In this document: in pieces, positions 1 to 11,775 of the stretch
How positions within the stretch are numbered: the stretch's first letter is position 1
Layout of the letters: the number at the start of each line of letters is the position of its first letter
Assembly (NCBI RefSeq): GCF_021391535.1
Contig: NZ_CP090066.1
Span: forward strand, 2,682,489-2,714,488
Direction: 5' to 3'
Origin: Aurantimonas sp. HBX-1
GTDB lineage: Bacteria > Pseudomonadota > Alphaproteobacteria > Rhizobiales > Rhizobiaceae
DNA length: 32,000 bases
Made by a program: the position numbers and the translations under genes
The notes under the pieces: model-generated
The model's database searches: none
What the model saw: only the letters and a program-made list of their open reading frames with translations
What the model was told of the DNA's origin: nothing

Positions 1-1
1 C

Positions 2-2353
2 ATGCTCGACGTCGGAACGCGCATCGTGCCGGAGGAGAACACCAAGCTGATGGGGCTCTATCGCTCCAACGGCGTCTGGTGCACCCAGTGCGAGGCCGAG
101 GGCTTCCGCCGCATCACCTATTTCCTCGACCGGCCGGACGTGCTGGCGCCCTACCGCGTCCGCATCGAGGCCGACCGCGCCGCAGCGCCCGTGCTCCTGT
201 CCAACGGCAACCCGGCCGGGCACGGCGACCTGCCGGACGGAAGGCACTTCGCCGTGTGGGACGACCCGTTCAACAAGCCGTCCTATCTCTTCGCCGTCGT
301 CGCCGGCGACCTCGACTCGATCCACGAGGACTTCCGGACCGCCAGCGGCAAGCCGGTCCAACTCGGCATCTACACCGAGAAGGGGCGCGTCGGGCAGGCC
401 GGCTACGCCATGGACGCGCTGAAGCGCTCGATGTGGTGGGACGAGCGGCGCTTCGGCCGCGAATACGATCTCGACGTGTTCAACATCGTGGCGATCCCCG
501 ACTTCAACATGGGCGCCATGGAGAACAAGGGCCTCAACGTCTTCAACCACAAATACGTGCTGCTCGACCCCGACACCGCCACCGACGCCGACTATGCCGG
601 CGTCGAGACGGTCATCGCGCATGAATATTTCCATAACTGGACCGGCAACCGCATCACCTGCCGCGACTGGTTCCAGCTCTGCCTGAAGGAAGGCCTGACG
701 GTCTATCGCGACCAGGAGTTCTCGGCGGACGAGCGCTCCGCCGCGGTGCAGCGGATCAATTCCGTGCGGCGGCTCAAGGCGCACCAGTTCCCCGAGGACC
801 AGGGCCCGCTGCAGCATCCGGTGCGGCCGCGCGAATACCGCGAGATCAACAACTTCTACACCGCCACCGTCTACGACAAGGGCGCCGAGCTGGTGCGGAT
901 GGTCGCGACCATCCTCGGCCGCGACGGCTTCCGCAAGGGCATGGATCTCTATTTCGAGCGCCATGACGGCGATGCCGCGACGATCGAGGACTTCATCGCC
1001 TGCTTCGAGGACGCCACCGGCGCCGACCTGACGCAGTTTGCCCTGTGGTATTCGCAGGCCGGCACGCCCTCGCTGGCGGTCAGCGAGGACTGGGACGCGG
1101 CCAGCGGCACGCTGACGGTCGGGCTGAAGCAGGCGCTCGAGGTCGGCGCTTCCGGCACCGGCGGCGCGCCCTTCCACATTCCCGTGCGCTTCGGCCTCGT
1201 CGGCGCCAATGGCGAGGACAAGGCGTTCACGGCCGCCCATGGCGCGGAGATCGACGGCGATGTCATCCACCTCACCGCCGAGGCGGAGACCGTGGTCTTC
1301 GAGAATGTCGGCGAACGGCCGTATCTCTCGGTGCTGCGCGACTTCTCGGCGCCGGTGACGCTGCATCACGAGCAGCCCCTGGCCGACCGGCTGGCGCTCG
1401 CCCGGCTCGACCCCAACCTCTTCAACCGCTGGCGGATCCTCAACGACCTCGTCGCCGACGCGCTGGTCGCCGCCAGCCGCAACGGGCAGGCCGCGGCGCA
1501 GCCGCTGCCGCCGGAGATCGTCGACGCGATCCTCGGCTCGGCCGGCGACGAGGGCATCGAGGCGGCCTACCGCGCCCAGGCCCTCACCCTGCCCAGCGAG
1601 GCCGAGATCGCCCGGATGCTCGCCGAGAACGTCGACCCCGACGCGATCCATGCCGCGGTCGAGGCGGCGCGGCGGCTGATCGGCGAGCGCGGTCGCGCGC
1701 TGTTCGAGCGCATCCGCGCCGACGCCCGGCCGGCCGCGGATTTCTCGCCCGATGCCGACAGCGCCGGGCGCCGCTCGCTCGCCAACGTCGCGCTTGCCTA
1801 TCTTGCGGCCGCCGACGGCGATCCGGCCCCGGCCGCATCACAGTACCGGGCGGCGCGCAACATGACCGACCGGCTCGCCGGCCTGGCGATCCTGGTGCAC
1901 CGCTTCCCGGCGGAGGAAGCCTCGCAGGCGGCGCTCGCCGACTTCTACGCGCGCTTCGAGCACGACGAGCTGGTGGTCGACAAATGGTTCGCGCTGCAGG
2001 CGACCGTCCCGGACAAGGCCGCGCTCGACATCGTCGCCGGTCTGCTCGGCCACCCGAAATTCACCCTGCGCAACCCGAACCGGGTCCGCGCCCTCGTCGG
2101 CACCTTCGCCGGCGGCAACCAGCTGGCCTTCCACCGGGCGGACGGCGCCGGCTATCGCTGGGTGGCCGAGCGGATCGCCGAACTCGACAAGCTCAACCCG
2201 CAAATCGCCGCACGAATTGCGACAACATTTCGTTCGTGGCGCAGCTTCGAGGCGGGACGCCGCCATGCCGCACAGGAAACGCTGGAAAAACTTGCAGCGA
2301 TTCCAGATCTTTCCAACGATACCAGGGATATCGTGGAAAGATCGTTGCGCTGA
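2..2353 (+). CDS. pepN: Aminopeptidase N (M1 family zinc metallopeptidase), 5' partial
   Basis: The ORF is open to the window edge. It has the GAMEN exopeptidase motif (NMGAMENKGLNVF) and the zinc-binding HEXXH-18-E signature (VIAHEYFHNWTGNRITCRDWFQLCLKEGLTVY). The long C-terminal helical domain and overall size are typical of PepN. Confidence 0.93.
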   Translation: MLDVGTRIVPEENTKLMGLYRSNGVWCTQCEAEGFRRITYFLDRPDVLAPYRVRIEADRAAAPVLLSNGNPAGHGDLPDGRHFAVWDDPFNKPSYLFAVVAGDLDSIHEDFRTASGKPVQLGIYTEKGRVGQAGYAMDALKRSMWWDERRFGREYDLDVFNIVAIPDFNMGAMENKGLNVFNHKYVLLDPDTATDADYAGVETVIAHEYFHNWTGNRITCRDWFQLCLKEGLTVYRDQEFSADERSAAVQRINSVRRLKAHQFPEDQGPLQHPVRPREYREINNFYTATVYDKGAELVRMVATILGRDGFRKGMDLYFERHDGDAATIEDFIACFEDATGADLTQFALWYSQAGTPSLAVSEDWDAASGTLTVGLKQALEVGASGTGGAPFHIPVRFGLVGANGEDKAFTAAHGAEIDGDVIHLTAEAETVVFENVGERPYLSVLRDFSAPVTLHHEQPLADRLALARLDPNLFNRWRILNDLVADALVAASRNGQAAAQPLPPEIVDAILGSAGDEGIEAAYRAQALTLPSEAEIARMLAENVDPDAIHAAVEAARRLIGERGRALFERIRADARPAADFSPDADSAGRRSLANVALAYLAAADGDPAPAASQYRAARNMTDRLAGLAILVHRFPAEEASQAALADFYARFEHDELVVDKWFALQATVPDKAALDIVAGLLGHPKFTLRNPNRVRALVGTFAGGNQLAFHRADGAGYRWVAERIAELDKLNPQIAARIATTFRSWRSFEAGRRHAAQETLEKLAAIPDLSNDTRDIVERSLR

Positions 2354-2402
2354 GTTGCGATCACATTGATTTCTTAATTCCTCCTCATTCCGACTCTGGA
2401 CA

Positions 2403-2439
2403 AGGTGATTCGGGTCTGATCAATTGGAGGTGATTCGGG
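2403..2439 (+). repeat. 12-bp direct repeat AGGTGATTCGGG x2 (starts 2403 and 2428, 25-bp period) in the pepN/kinase intergenic region; each copy carries a GANTC site
   Basis: Read directly: aggtgattcggg at 2403-2414 and again at 2428-2439. GANTC sites are at 2392-2396 (GACTC), 2407-2411 and 2432-2436 (GATTC). The region lies 47-95 bp upstream of the kinase ATG at 2486. Confidence 0.35.
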
Positions 2440-2485
2440 ATGTGCGGCGTGCCGGATCAACGAATGCGGCTACGAGGGGTGAGAC

Positions 2486-4834
<2,349 letters not shown>

Positions 4835-4841
4835 CGCCGCC

Positions 4842-7841
4842 TCAGCGCTGGCGCATCGCCGCGCCCGCCGGCGCCGCTTCGCCGGCTTCCTCCTCGATCG
4901 GCAACAGCGTCTCGAAGGCCGACCGCGTCGCCGCCGCCTCGGCCGCCAGCTGCGGCTCGATCCCGTCCGCCGATTCCGCGCCGATGGTCCTCGCCAGCCG
5001 CTCGCGGAGGCCCGGCGGCAGGTCGGACACCGCGCCGACGCCGGAAGGCCCCAGCCGCAGCACCTGGATCACCGCGGTGAAGCAGCGCATCGTCCCCGGC
5101 AGGTCCGCCTCGATCGGCGCCGGCGGGTCGCCGAGATCCGCCGCCGCCAGGACGTCCGCCGTCGGGTGCCCGACGAGGTCGAGCGGCGCGCGGCCGGTCA
5201 GCAGCGCCCATTGCGCCAGGAATTCGAGATCGATCAGCCCGCCCGGCCGCAGCTTGAGGTCGAGCGGGCCCTTCGGCGGCTTCTCCCGCTCCAGGCGGGC
5301 CCGCATCGTGGCGACGTCGCGGGCGGTCTCGGCCGGGTCGCGCGGCGCGGCAAGCAGCGCCCGCACCGTCGCAGCGACCTCGTCCCGCAGGCCGGGGTCG
5401 CCCGCCACGGTGCGCGAGCGGGTCAGCGCCATGCGCTCCCAGGTCCAGGCCTCGGCCTCCTGGTAGCGCCGGAACCGGTCGATATGGGTGGCGAGCGGGC
5501 CCATGTTGCCGGACGGGCGCAGGCGGAAATCCACCTCGTAGAGCACGCCCTCGCGCATCGGCGCGGTCAGCGCCGCGATCAGCCGCTGCGTCAGCCGGGC
5601 GAAATACACCTTCGCCGGCAGCTTCTTCTCGCCGTCGGATTCTTCCGCATCAGGATCATGGTCGTAGAGCAGGATGAGGTCGACGTCCGAGCCCGCCGTC
5701 AGCTCGCGGCTGCCGAGCCGGCCCATGCCGAGCAGCGCGACGCGGGCGCCGGGCACGCGGCCGTGGCGCTCGGCGAAGGCGTCCGAGACCGCCGCCAGCG
5801 TCGCCTCGAGCACGACGTCGGCGATGTTGGAGAAGGCCGGCCCCGCCTCGCCGACATCGACCACGCCGCTGAGCAGCCGCGCGCCGACCAGGAAGCGCTG
5901 CTCGGAGGCGAAGATCCGCAGCCGCGCCAGCACTTCCTCGTAGCCCTGCGCATCGGCGAGGAACGGCGCCAGCCGCTCGGCCATCAGCGCCCGGTCGGGC
6001 ACCTCGTCGAAGAAGGCCGGGTCCAGCAGCGCGTCAAAGACGTGCGGCCGGGCCGCCATCGTCGCCGTCAGCATCGGTGACGACGTGATGATCAGCGCCA
6101 GGAGGTCGAGGATGCGCGGGTTGGAGGCGATCAGCGAGAAGAACTGGATGCCCGCCGGCAGGCCGGCGAGGAACGTGTCGAAGGCGGCGATGGCCGCATC
6201 CGGGTCGCGCGCGTCGGCGAAGGCCTCGAGCAGCAGCGGCATGACCTTGGCCAGCCGCTCCCGCGCCGCCTCCGAGCGGGTCGCCCGGTAGCGGCCGTAA
6301 TTCCAGGACCGCACGATCCGCGCGATGTCGGCGGGCCGCGCATAGCCGAGCTCGGCCAGCCGCTTCAGGCTGTCCGGATCGTCGTCGGTGGACAGCAGCC
6401 GCTCGAAGCCGCCTTCCGGCACCGCCCCCCGGTCGCGGTTGCGCCCGTCGTTGAACAGGCGGGTGAAGTGCCGGTCGACCCGCCGCAGGCGCTCCAGCAG
6501 CGCCGTCGAGAAAGCCTCGCGATCGGGAAAACCGGCCAGCCGCGCGATGCGCTCGAGCCCGTCCGGATCCTCAGGCAGCGTATGGGTCTGCTCGTCGGCG
6601 ACCATCTGGATGCAGTGCTCGATCCGGCGCAGGAACCAGTAGTCGTCCTTGAGCTCGCGCTCGGTGTCCGCCGCGATCCAGCCGCCGCCGGTGAGTGCCG
6701 CCAGCGCCTTGTCGGTGCGCCGCTGCCGCAGGCCGGGGGACCGGCCGCCGGCAATCAGCTGCTGCGCCTGGACGAAGAACTCCACCTCGCGGATGCCGCC
6801 GCGCCCCAGCTTGACGTTGTGGCCGGCGACGGCGATCTCGTCGAAGCCGCGATGCTCGTCGATGCGCGACTTCATCGCCTGGATGTCGGCGATCGCCGCG
6901 AAGTCCAGATAGCGCCGCCACACGAAGGGCGTCAGCTCCTGCAGGAACGCCTCGCCCGCCGCCCGGTCGCCCGCGACCGGCCGCGCCTTGATCATCGCGG
7001 CGCGCTCCCAGTTGCGCCCGCTACCCTCGTAATAGGTCATCGCCGCGTCGGTGGAGATCGCCAGCGGCATGGCACCGGGGTCCGGCCGCAGGCGCAGATC
7101 GGTGCGGAAGACGTAGCCGTCGGCGGTGCGCTCGCCGATCATCCGCACCAGCCGGCGCACCAGCCGCGAGAACACGTCCACCTGCTCGCCCGCATCGGTG
7201 CAGATGCCGGCGTCGGCGTCGAAGAACACGATCAGGTCGACGTCGCTGGAATAGTTGAGCTCGCCGGCTCCCAGCTTGCCCATGCCGAGCACGAAGATGC
7301 CGCAGCCGTGCTCCGGGTCGTCCGGATGCGGCAGTTGCAGCTTGCCGGCGCGATGCGCGTCGGCAAGGCAAAAGCGCATGGCGGCGTCGATCGCCGCTTC
7401 CGCCAGGGCCGAGAGGTCGGCGGTGGTCTCGGCGACCGACGCCGCCCCGAACAGGTCGCGCAGCGCGATCAGCAGGCTGGCCTCGCGCTTGATGCGGCGC
7501 AGTTCGCGCATCATCGCGGATTCGCCGAGATCGGCGCCGGCAAGGCCGGCGGCTTCCGCGATCAGCGCGTCGATCCGGGCCCGCGGCTCATGGTCGAAGA
7601 GCCCGTCCAGCCATTCCGGATGCTGCAGCATCTCGGCGTTGAGGTGGGTGGAGAGGTCGAGGATCGCGGCGAGCGCGTCGACCTGCTTGCCGCCGCCGGC
7701 CAGGAACGCCTCCAGCCGCGGCAGTTCCCTCGCCGCCGCCGCCTTGCGCAGGTCGGCGAGCCAGGCCGCGGCCTTGTCGGGGTCGAGCGGGAGCGGGCGG
7801 ATGTCTCCGCCGATCCCGAGGCAGGGTCGGTCATCCGCCAT
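4842..7841 (-). CDS. glnE: Bifunctional glutamine synthetase adenylyltransferase / adenylyl-removing enzyme
   Basis: About 1000 aa with two nucleotidyltransferase modules (GMGKLGAGELNYSSDVDLIVFF and GMGRLGSRELTAGSDVDLILLY), each followed by a GlnE-type helical domain. The ORF track starts at 7910. I prefer ATG 7839-7841 (MADDRPCLG...), which overlaps the upstream kinase stop by 11 nt. Starts at 7862 or 7910 are not excluded. Confidence 0.92.
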   Translation of the reverse strand: MADDRPCLGIGGDIRPLPLDPDKAAAWLADLRKAAAARELPRLEAFLAGGGKQVDALAAILDLSTHLNAEMLQHPEWLDGLFDHEPRARIDALIAEAAGLAGADLGESAMMRELRRIKREASLLIALRDLFGAASVAETTADLSALAEAAIDAAMRFCLADAHRAGKLQLPHPDDPEHGCGIFVLGMGKLGAGELNYSSDVDLIVFFDADAGICTDAGEQVDVFSRLVRRLVRMIGERTADGYVFRTDLRLRPDPGAMPLAISTDAAMTYYEGSGRNWERAAMIKARPVAGDRAAGEAFLQELTPFVWRRYLDFAAIADIQAMKSRIDEHRGFDEIAVAGHNVKLGRGGIREVEFFVQAQQLIAGGRSPGLRQRRTDKALAALTGGGWIAADTERELKDDYWFLRRIEHCIQMVADEQTHTLPEDPDGLERIARLAGFPDREAFSTALLERLRRVDRHFTRLFNDGRNRDRGAVPEGGFERLLSTDDDPDSLKRLAELGYARPADIARIVRSWNYGRYRATRSEAARERLAKVMPLLLEAFADARDPDAAIAAFDTFLAGLPAGIQFFSLIASNPRILDLLALIITSSPMLTATMAARPHVFDALLDPAFFDEVPDRALMAERLAPFLADAQGYEEVLARLRIFASEQRFLVGARLLSGVVDVGEAGPAFSNIADVVLEATLAAVSDAFAERHGRVPGARVALLGMGRLGSRELTAGSDVDLILLYDHDPDAEESDGEKKLPAKVYFARLTQRLIAALTAPMREGVLYEVDFRLRPSGNMGPLATHIDRFRRYQEAEAWTWERMALTRSRTVAGDPGLRDEVAATVRALLAAPRDPAETARDVATMRARLEREKPPKGPLDLKLRPGGLIDLEFLAQWALLTGRAPLDLVGHPTADVLAAADLGDPPAPIEADLPGTMRCFTAVIQVLRLGPSGVGAVSDLPPGLRERLARTIGAESADGIEPQLAAEAAATRSAFETLLPIEEEAGEAAPAGAAMRQR

Positions 7842-9252
7842 CGCTGCTGCTGGTCCTTCCATCGAGGGGAAACACCAGCACAACTCTAAGGCCGGGCGCG
7901 GCATCCTCAAGCGTCAGCTCGCCGTCATGCACGCGAACGATCGCCTGCACCAGCGACAGGCCGAGGCCCGAGCCCGGCATCGTGCGGCTGCGGTCGAGCC
8001 GGTAGAAGCGCTCCAGCACCCGCTCGTACTGGTCGGCGGGGATGCCGGGGCCGTCGTCCTCCACCGAAAGCCGGCACATGCCGTCCGCCACCGCGAGGCG
8101 GATCGTCACCGTCGTCGGCCGGTCGGGCGCGACGGCATATTTCAGCGCATTGTCGATGAGGTTGGACAGGGCCTGGGCGATCAGCTCGCGGCTGACCAGC
8201 GCCATGACCGGCGACGGCGCATCGACGACCAGCCGCGCGTCCACCTCTTCGGCCAGCGGCTCGTAGAGTTCGGCGACGTCGGCGACGATCGCCGCGATGT
8301 CGACGCTCTGCTTCAGCACCGGGTGCGAGCCCGCCTCGACCCGCGAGATCATCAGCAGCGCGTCGAAGGTGCGGATCATCTGGTCGGCCTCGCCGAGCAT
8401 GCCCTCCAGCGCCTCGCGCGGGCCCCCCTCGCCCGCCCCCGCCCCCACGGCAAGCGCCGCCTCGGCGCGGTTGCGCAGCCGCGTCAGCGGCGTCTTCAGG
8501 TCGTGGGCGATGTTGTCGGAGACCTGCCGCAGTCCCTCCTGCAGCAGCGCGACGCGCGCCAGCAGCCGGTTGAGGTTCTCCGACAGCCGGTCGAATTCGT
8601 CGCCTGCCCCGGTCACCGGCAGCCGCTCGCTGAGGTCGCCGGCAAGAATCCGGTTGCTGGCCGCAGACATCCGGTCGAGCCGCTGCAGCGCCTTGCGGCC
8701 GACGAAGACCCAGGCCAGCACCGCCGCCGCGCTCATCAATGCGAGCGCCAGGATCAGCGCCGAGCGGACGATCTCGCGGAAGCGCTCCTGTTCGGTCTGG
8801 TCGCGCCCGACAAGAATGCGCATGCCGTTCGGCAGGCTGAAGACCTCGGCGACGGCGATATAGTAGCGGTTCCTGGCGTCTTCGGAGAAGCGTTCGTAGC
8901 CGAAGGCGTTCTCGGTGAATCCGTTCTCGTCCAGGACCCCGACCTGCAGGCTCTCGACATTGCCGGCGATGATCCGCCCGGTGGCGTCGGTGACGAGATA
9001 GAGCGAGGCGCCCGGCTGGCGCGCCCGCCGGTCGATCGTCCGCACCAACCCGACGATGCCGGTTGTCTGGTAGATCAGGGAGAGTTCGCTGATCTCTTCC
9101 GAGATCGCGGCACGGCTCTGGTTCTTCAGGATGTTCGATGCCGTGGCGGTGACGTAGAACACCAGCACGACGGCGCAGATGGCGAAAAGCAGGAGATAAA
9201 CCGCGGACAGGCGAACCGCCGTCATCCGCATCAGCGCCTTTAGCCGCGCCAT
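7831..9252 (-). CDS. HAMP-domain sensor histidine kinase (partner of the adjacent OmpR-type regulator)
   Basis: 473 aa with two TM segments (VYLLLFAICAVVLVFYV; LILALALMSAAAVLAWVFV) and a HAMP linker. H-box is SDNIAHDLKTPLTRL; N and G boxes are LIDNALKYA, VEDDGPGIP, GSGLGLSLV. It starts 3 nt after the response-regulator stop. Confidence 0.9.
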   Translation of the reverse strand: MARLKALMRMTAVRLSAVYLLLFAICAVVLVFYVTATASNILKNQSRAAISEEISELSLIYQTTGIVGLVRTIDRRARQPGASLYLVTDATGRIIAGNVESLQVGVLDENGFTENAFGYERFSEDARNRYYIAVAEVFSLPNGMRILVGRDQTEQERFREIVRSALILALALMSAAAVLAWVFVGRKALQRLDRMSAASNRILAGDLSERLPVTGAGDEFDRLSENLNRLLARVALLQEGLRQVSDNIAHDLKTPLTRLRNRAEAALAVGAGAGEGGPREALEGMLGEADQMIRTFDALLMISRVEAGSHPVLKQSVDIAAIVADVAELYEPLAEEVDARLVVDAPSPVMALVSRELIAQALSNLIDNALKYAVAPDRPTTVTIRLAVADGMCRLSVEDDGPGIPADQYERVLERFYRLDRSRTMPGSGLGLSLVQAIVRVHDGELTLEDAAPGLRVVLVFPLDGRTSSSDGG

Positions 9253-9255
9253 GCC

Positions 9256-9972
9256 CTATTCGCCGGCGCGCATGATGTAGCCCGAGCCGCGCACCGTATG
9301 CAGCAGAGGCGAGCCGAACTCGCGCTCGATCTTCGAGCGCAGCCGCGAGACATGCACGTCGATGACGTTGGTCTGCGGGTCGAAATGATAGTCCCAGACG
9401 TTCTCCAGCAGCATGGTGCGGGTCACCACCTGGTTGGCGTGCTTCATCAGATATTCCAGCAGGCGGAACTCGCGCGGCTGCAGGACGATCGGCTTCCCGC
9501 CGCGCTTGACCTCGTGCGACAGCCGGTCGAGTTCGAGGTCGCCGACGCGGTAGGCGGTCTCGACCTCCTTGCCGCCGCGGCGGCGGCCGAGCACCTCGAT
9601 CCGCGCCAGCAGTTCGGAGAAGGCGAAGGGCTTGGGCAGGTAGTCGTCGCCGCCGGCCCGCAGGCCGGTGACTCGGTCGTCGACCTGGCCGAGCGCCGAA
9701 AGGATCAGCGCCGGCGTGCCGTTGCCCTTCTCGCGCAGGCCTGAGACCACCGAGAGCCCGTCACGTGCCGGAAGCATGCGGTCGACGATCAAGACGTCGT
9801 AGCTGCGGGTATCGGCCATGTGGAAGCCGTCCTCGCCGTTGGCGGCGTGCTCGGCGACATGGCCTGCCTCGCGCAGCGCCTTGACGAGATAGGCGGCCGC
9901 CTCGCGGTCGTCTTCGATGATGAGAATGCGCATGGAAACGGGAGAAAGCCCCTCGGCTGCAACAGAAGACAT
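9256..9972 (-). CDS. OmpR/PhoB-family DNA-binding response regulator
   Basis: Receiver domain (MRILIIEDD..., DVLIVDRMLP, LILSALG) plus a winged-helix output domain (LLEYLMKHANQVVTRTMLLENVWDY...GSGYIMR). The start is ambiguous between ATG 9972 (ORF track) and ATG 9933 (MRILIIEDD), which is the usual N-terminus for this family. Confidence 0.9.
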   Translation of the reverse strand: MSSVAAEGLSPVSMRILIIEDDREAAAYLVKALREAGHVAEHAANGEDGFHMADTRSYDVLIVDRMLPARDGLSVVSGLREKGNGTPALILSALGQVDDRVTGLRAGGDDYLPKPFAFSELLARIEVLGRRRGGKEVETAYRVGDLELDRLSHEVKRGGKPIVLQPREFRLLEYLMKHANQVVTRTMLLENVWDYHFDPQTNVIDVHVSRLRSKIEREFGSPLLHTVRGSGYIMRAGE

Positions 9973-10001
9973 GTCCGTTCCCTATCTCGTCGATCGTCGT
10001 C

Positions 10002-10089
10002 AAAAGAAAAGGCGGCGGCACCGAAGCGTCTCGTTTCCGAAACGCCACCGGCCCCGCCGCCCGGGACGGGGTCGCGAAGGACCCCGTCC
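10002..10089 (-). terminator. Structured 3' region downstream of degP: a perfect 10-bp hairpin, then a second structure abutting a TTTTCTTTT tract
   Basis: GGACGGGGTC (10064-10073) pairs with GACCCCGTCC (10080-10089) around a 6-nt loop, 10 nt past the degP stop. On the minus strand GGTGGCG...CGCCGCC (10049-10011) is then followed directly by TTTTCTTTT (complement of 10002-10010). The second stem encloses a long 25-nt loop, so this is not a textbook terminator. Confidence 0.35.
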
Positions 10090-10099
10090 ATCGTCATGG

Positions 10100-11617
10100 T
10101 CAGCTCTTGGCGATCGGCAGCGCGACGAAGCGGTTCTGGTCGCCGTTGCGCAGCTGGAAGAGCGCTGCATTGCGGCCGGATTCCGAAGCCTCGGAGATCG
10201 CGTCCTGGACCTCCTTCTGGCTGGAGACCTCCGTGCCGTTGACGGCGACGATGACGTCGCCGGCCTGCACGCCACGGTCCGCCGCGGACGAGTCCGGGTC
10301 GACATTCGTCACCACCACGCCGTCGCCGTCTTCCGACGGCGTCAGCGTCAGGCCATAGCCCGACAGCGAGGACGGATCGACCGACGGCCGTCCGGAAGAC
10401 CCTTCGGCCGAAGCCGCCTCGTCGAGGCTGGACAGGTCGCCGAGCGTCACGGCGATCTCCTGGGCCTTGCCGTCGCGCCAGACGGTCACGTCGACCTTGG
10501 CATTCGGCCGGTAGTCGGCGACCTTGCGGGCCAGTTCGCGCGGGCCCTCGACGGTCTCGCCGTTGACCGCGGTGATCACGTCGCCGGTCTCGATGCCGGC
10601 CTTGGAAGCCGGGGTCTCGGTGTCCGGCAGGGTGACGATCGCGCCGTTGTCGTCGGCGAGGCCGACAGCCTCGGCGATGTCGGCGGTCACCGGCGCGATC
10701 TGCACGCCCAGCCAGCCGCGCTCGACACTGCCATTCTCGCGCAGCGACTTGATCACGTCCTTGGCGACCGAAGCCGGGATGGCGAAGGCGATGCCGACAT
10801 TGCCACCCGACGGCGAGAAGATCGCGGTGTTGACGCCGATGACCTTGCCGTTGAGATCGAAGGCCGGGCCGCCGGAATTGCCGCGATTGACCGCCGCGTC
10901 GATCTGCAGGAAGTCGTCGTAGGGGCCGGCGCCGATGTCGCGGCCGCGGGCCGAGACGATGCCGGCCGTCACCGAGCCGCCGAGGCCGAACGGATTGCCG
11001 ACGGCGACGACCCACTCGCCGACGCGCACGCCATCATCGCTGCCGAACTCGACATAGGTGAAGGTGCGATCCGCGTCGTCGACCTTGAGCAGGGCGAGGT
11101 CGGTACGCGGGTCGGTGCCGATCAGCTTGGCATCGAACTCGGTGCCGTCATCCATGACTACCGTGTACTTGCTGCCACCTTCGACGACGTGGTTGTTGGT
11201 GACCACGTAGCCGTCGTCGGAGATGAAGAAGCCCGAGCCCTGGCCCATCGCGTTGCGGGGCTCGCGCGGCGGGGTCATGCCGCGCGGCATGCCGGGGCTG
11301 CCAGGAACGTCGAAGAAGCGGCGCAGCGGATGGTCTTCCGGCAGATTGCCGAACGGGCTTTCCATCTGGGCGCCGTCGTTCGCCGCCGGCGTGATGTTCT
11401 GGGTGACGCGCACGGATACGACCGCCGGGGAGACCTTCTCCACGACGTCCGCAAAGCCGAAATTCTCGGTCGGCGCTTCGACCTTGACCGGATCTGCGAG
11501 CACCGGCACGGTGTTGGTCAGCATTCCGCCGGCGAGGACCGATCCGGCAACGCCGGCGGCCAGGACGCTGGCGATCACGCCGCGGCGCGTCTTCTTGCTG
11601 TTGACTTGGTTTCGCAT
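10100..11617 (-). CDS. degP: Periplasmic serine endoprotease DegP/HtrA family (trypsin-like domain + two PDZ domains)
   Basis: 505 aa with an N-terminal signal/anchor (VIASVLAAGVAGSVLAGG). Catalytic triad contexts are VVTNNHVV (His), TDLALLKV (Asp) and GNSGGPAF (Ser). Two PDZ-like repeats are present (GVQIAPVT...GDVITAVNGE and YGLTLTPS...GDVIVAVNGT). It sits immediately downstream of ccmH, as degP does after rhizobial cycHJKL. Confidence 0.93.
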   Translation of the reverse strand: MRNQVNSKKTRRGVIASVLAAGVAGSVLAGGMLTNTVPVLADPVKVEAPTENFGFADVVEKVSPAVVSVRVTQNITPAANDGAQMESPFGNLPEDHPLRRFFDVPGSPGMPRGMTPPREPRNAMGQGSGFFISDDGYVVTNNHVVEGGSKYTVVMDDGTEFDAKLIGTDPRTDLALLKVDDADRTFTYVEFGSDDGVRVGEWVVAVGNPFGLGGSVTAGIVSARGRDIGAGPYDDFLQIDAAVNRGNSGGPAFDLNGKVIGVNTAIFSPSGGNVGIAFAIPASVAKDVIKSLRENGSVERGWLGVQIAPVTADIAEAVGLADDNGAIVTLPDTETPASKAGIETGDVITAVNGETVEGPRELARKVADYRPNAKVDVTVWRDGKAQEIAVTLGDLSSLDEAASAEGSSGRPSVDPSSLSGYGLTLTPSEDGDGVVVTNVDPDSSAADRGVQAGDVIVAVNGTEVSSQKEVQDAISEASESGRNAALFQLRNGDQNRFVALPIAKS

Positions 11618-11775
11618 CGGAGACCCTTTTTCCGTTGAATTCGTCGGCGGCTCGTTCCGCTGGATGGCGGATAGCTGCTGATGACGGGGAAAATAGGGAC
11701 GCCCGGATTACGGGAGGTTTTCGGCCGTGTGAAATGTTCGTAAGGTTGCCTTGCTCAGGCGGCCTGCTGCGCCGG

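Noticed and set aside
9789-11015. 408-aa minus-strand ORF, the 573-aa plus-strand ORF 9917..11638, and the other long shadow ORFs 12688..13950, 14906..15874, 15190..16155 and 17590..18708.
   Set aside because: All are out-of-frame or antisense shadows of degP, ccmF, ccmI or the kinase. They have Arg/Pro/Gly-dominated sequences and no domain signatures.
11634-11658. ECF/sigmaE-like promoter upstream of degP: GGAAC-N15-TCAAC on the minus strand (complement of 11654-11658 and 11634-11638).
   Set aside because: The spacing is shorter than the sigmaE-type consensus as I recall it, and the -10 is only a partial match. GGAAC alone is frequent. I cannot support it without 5'-end data or a genome-specific ECF motif model.
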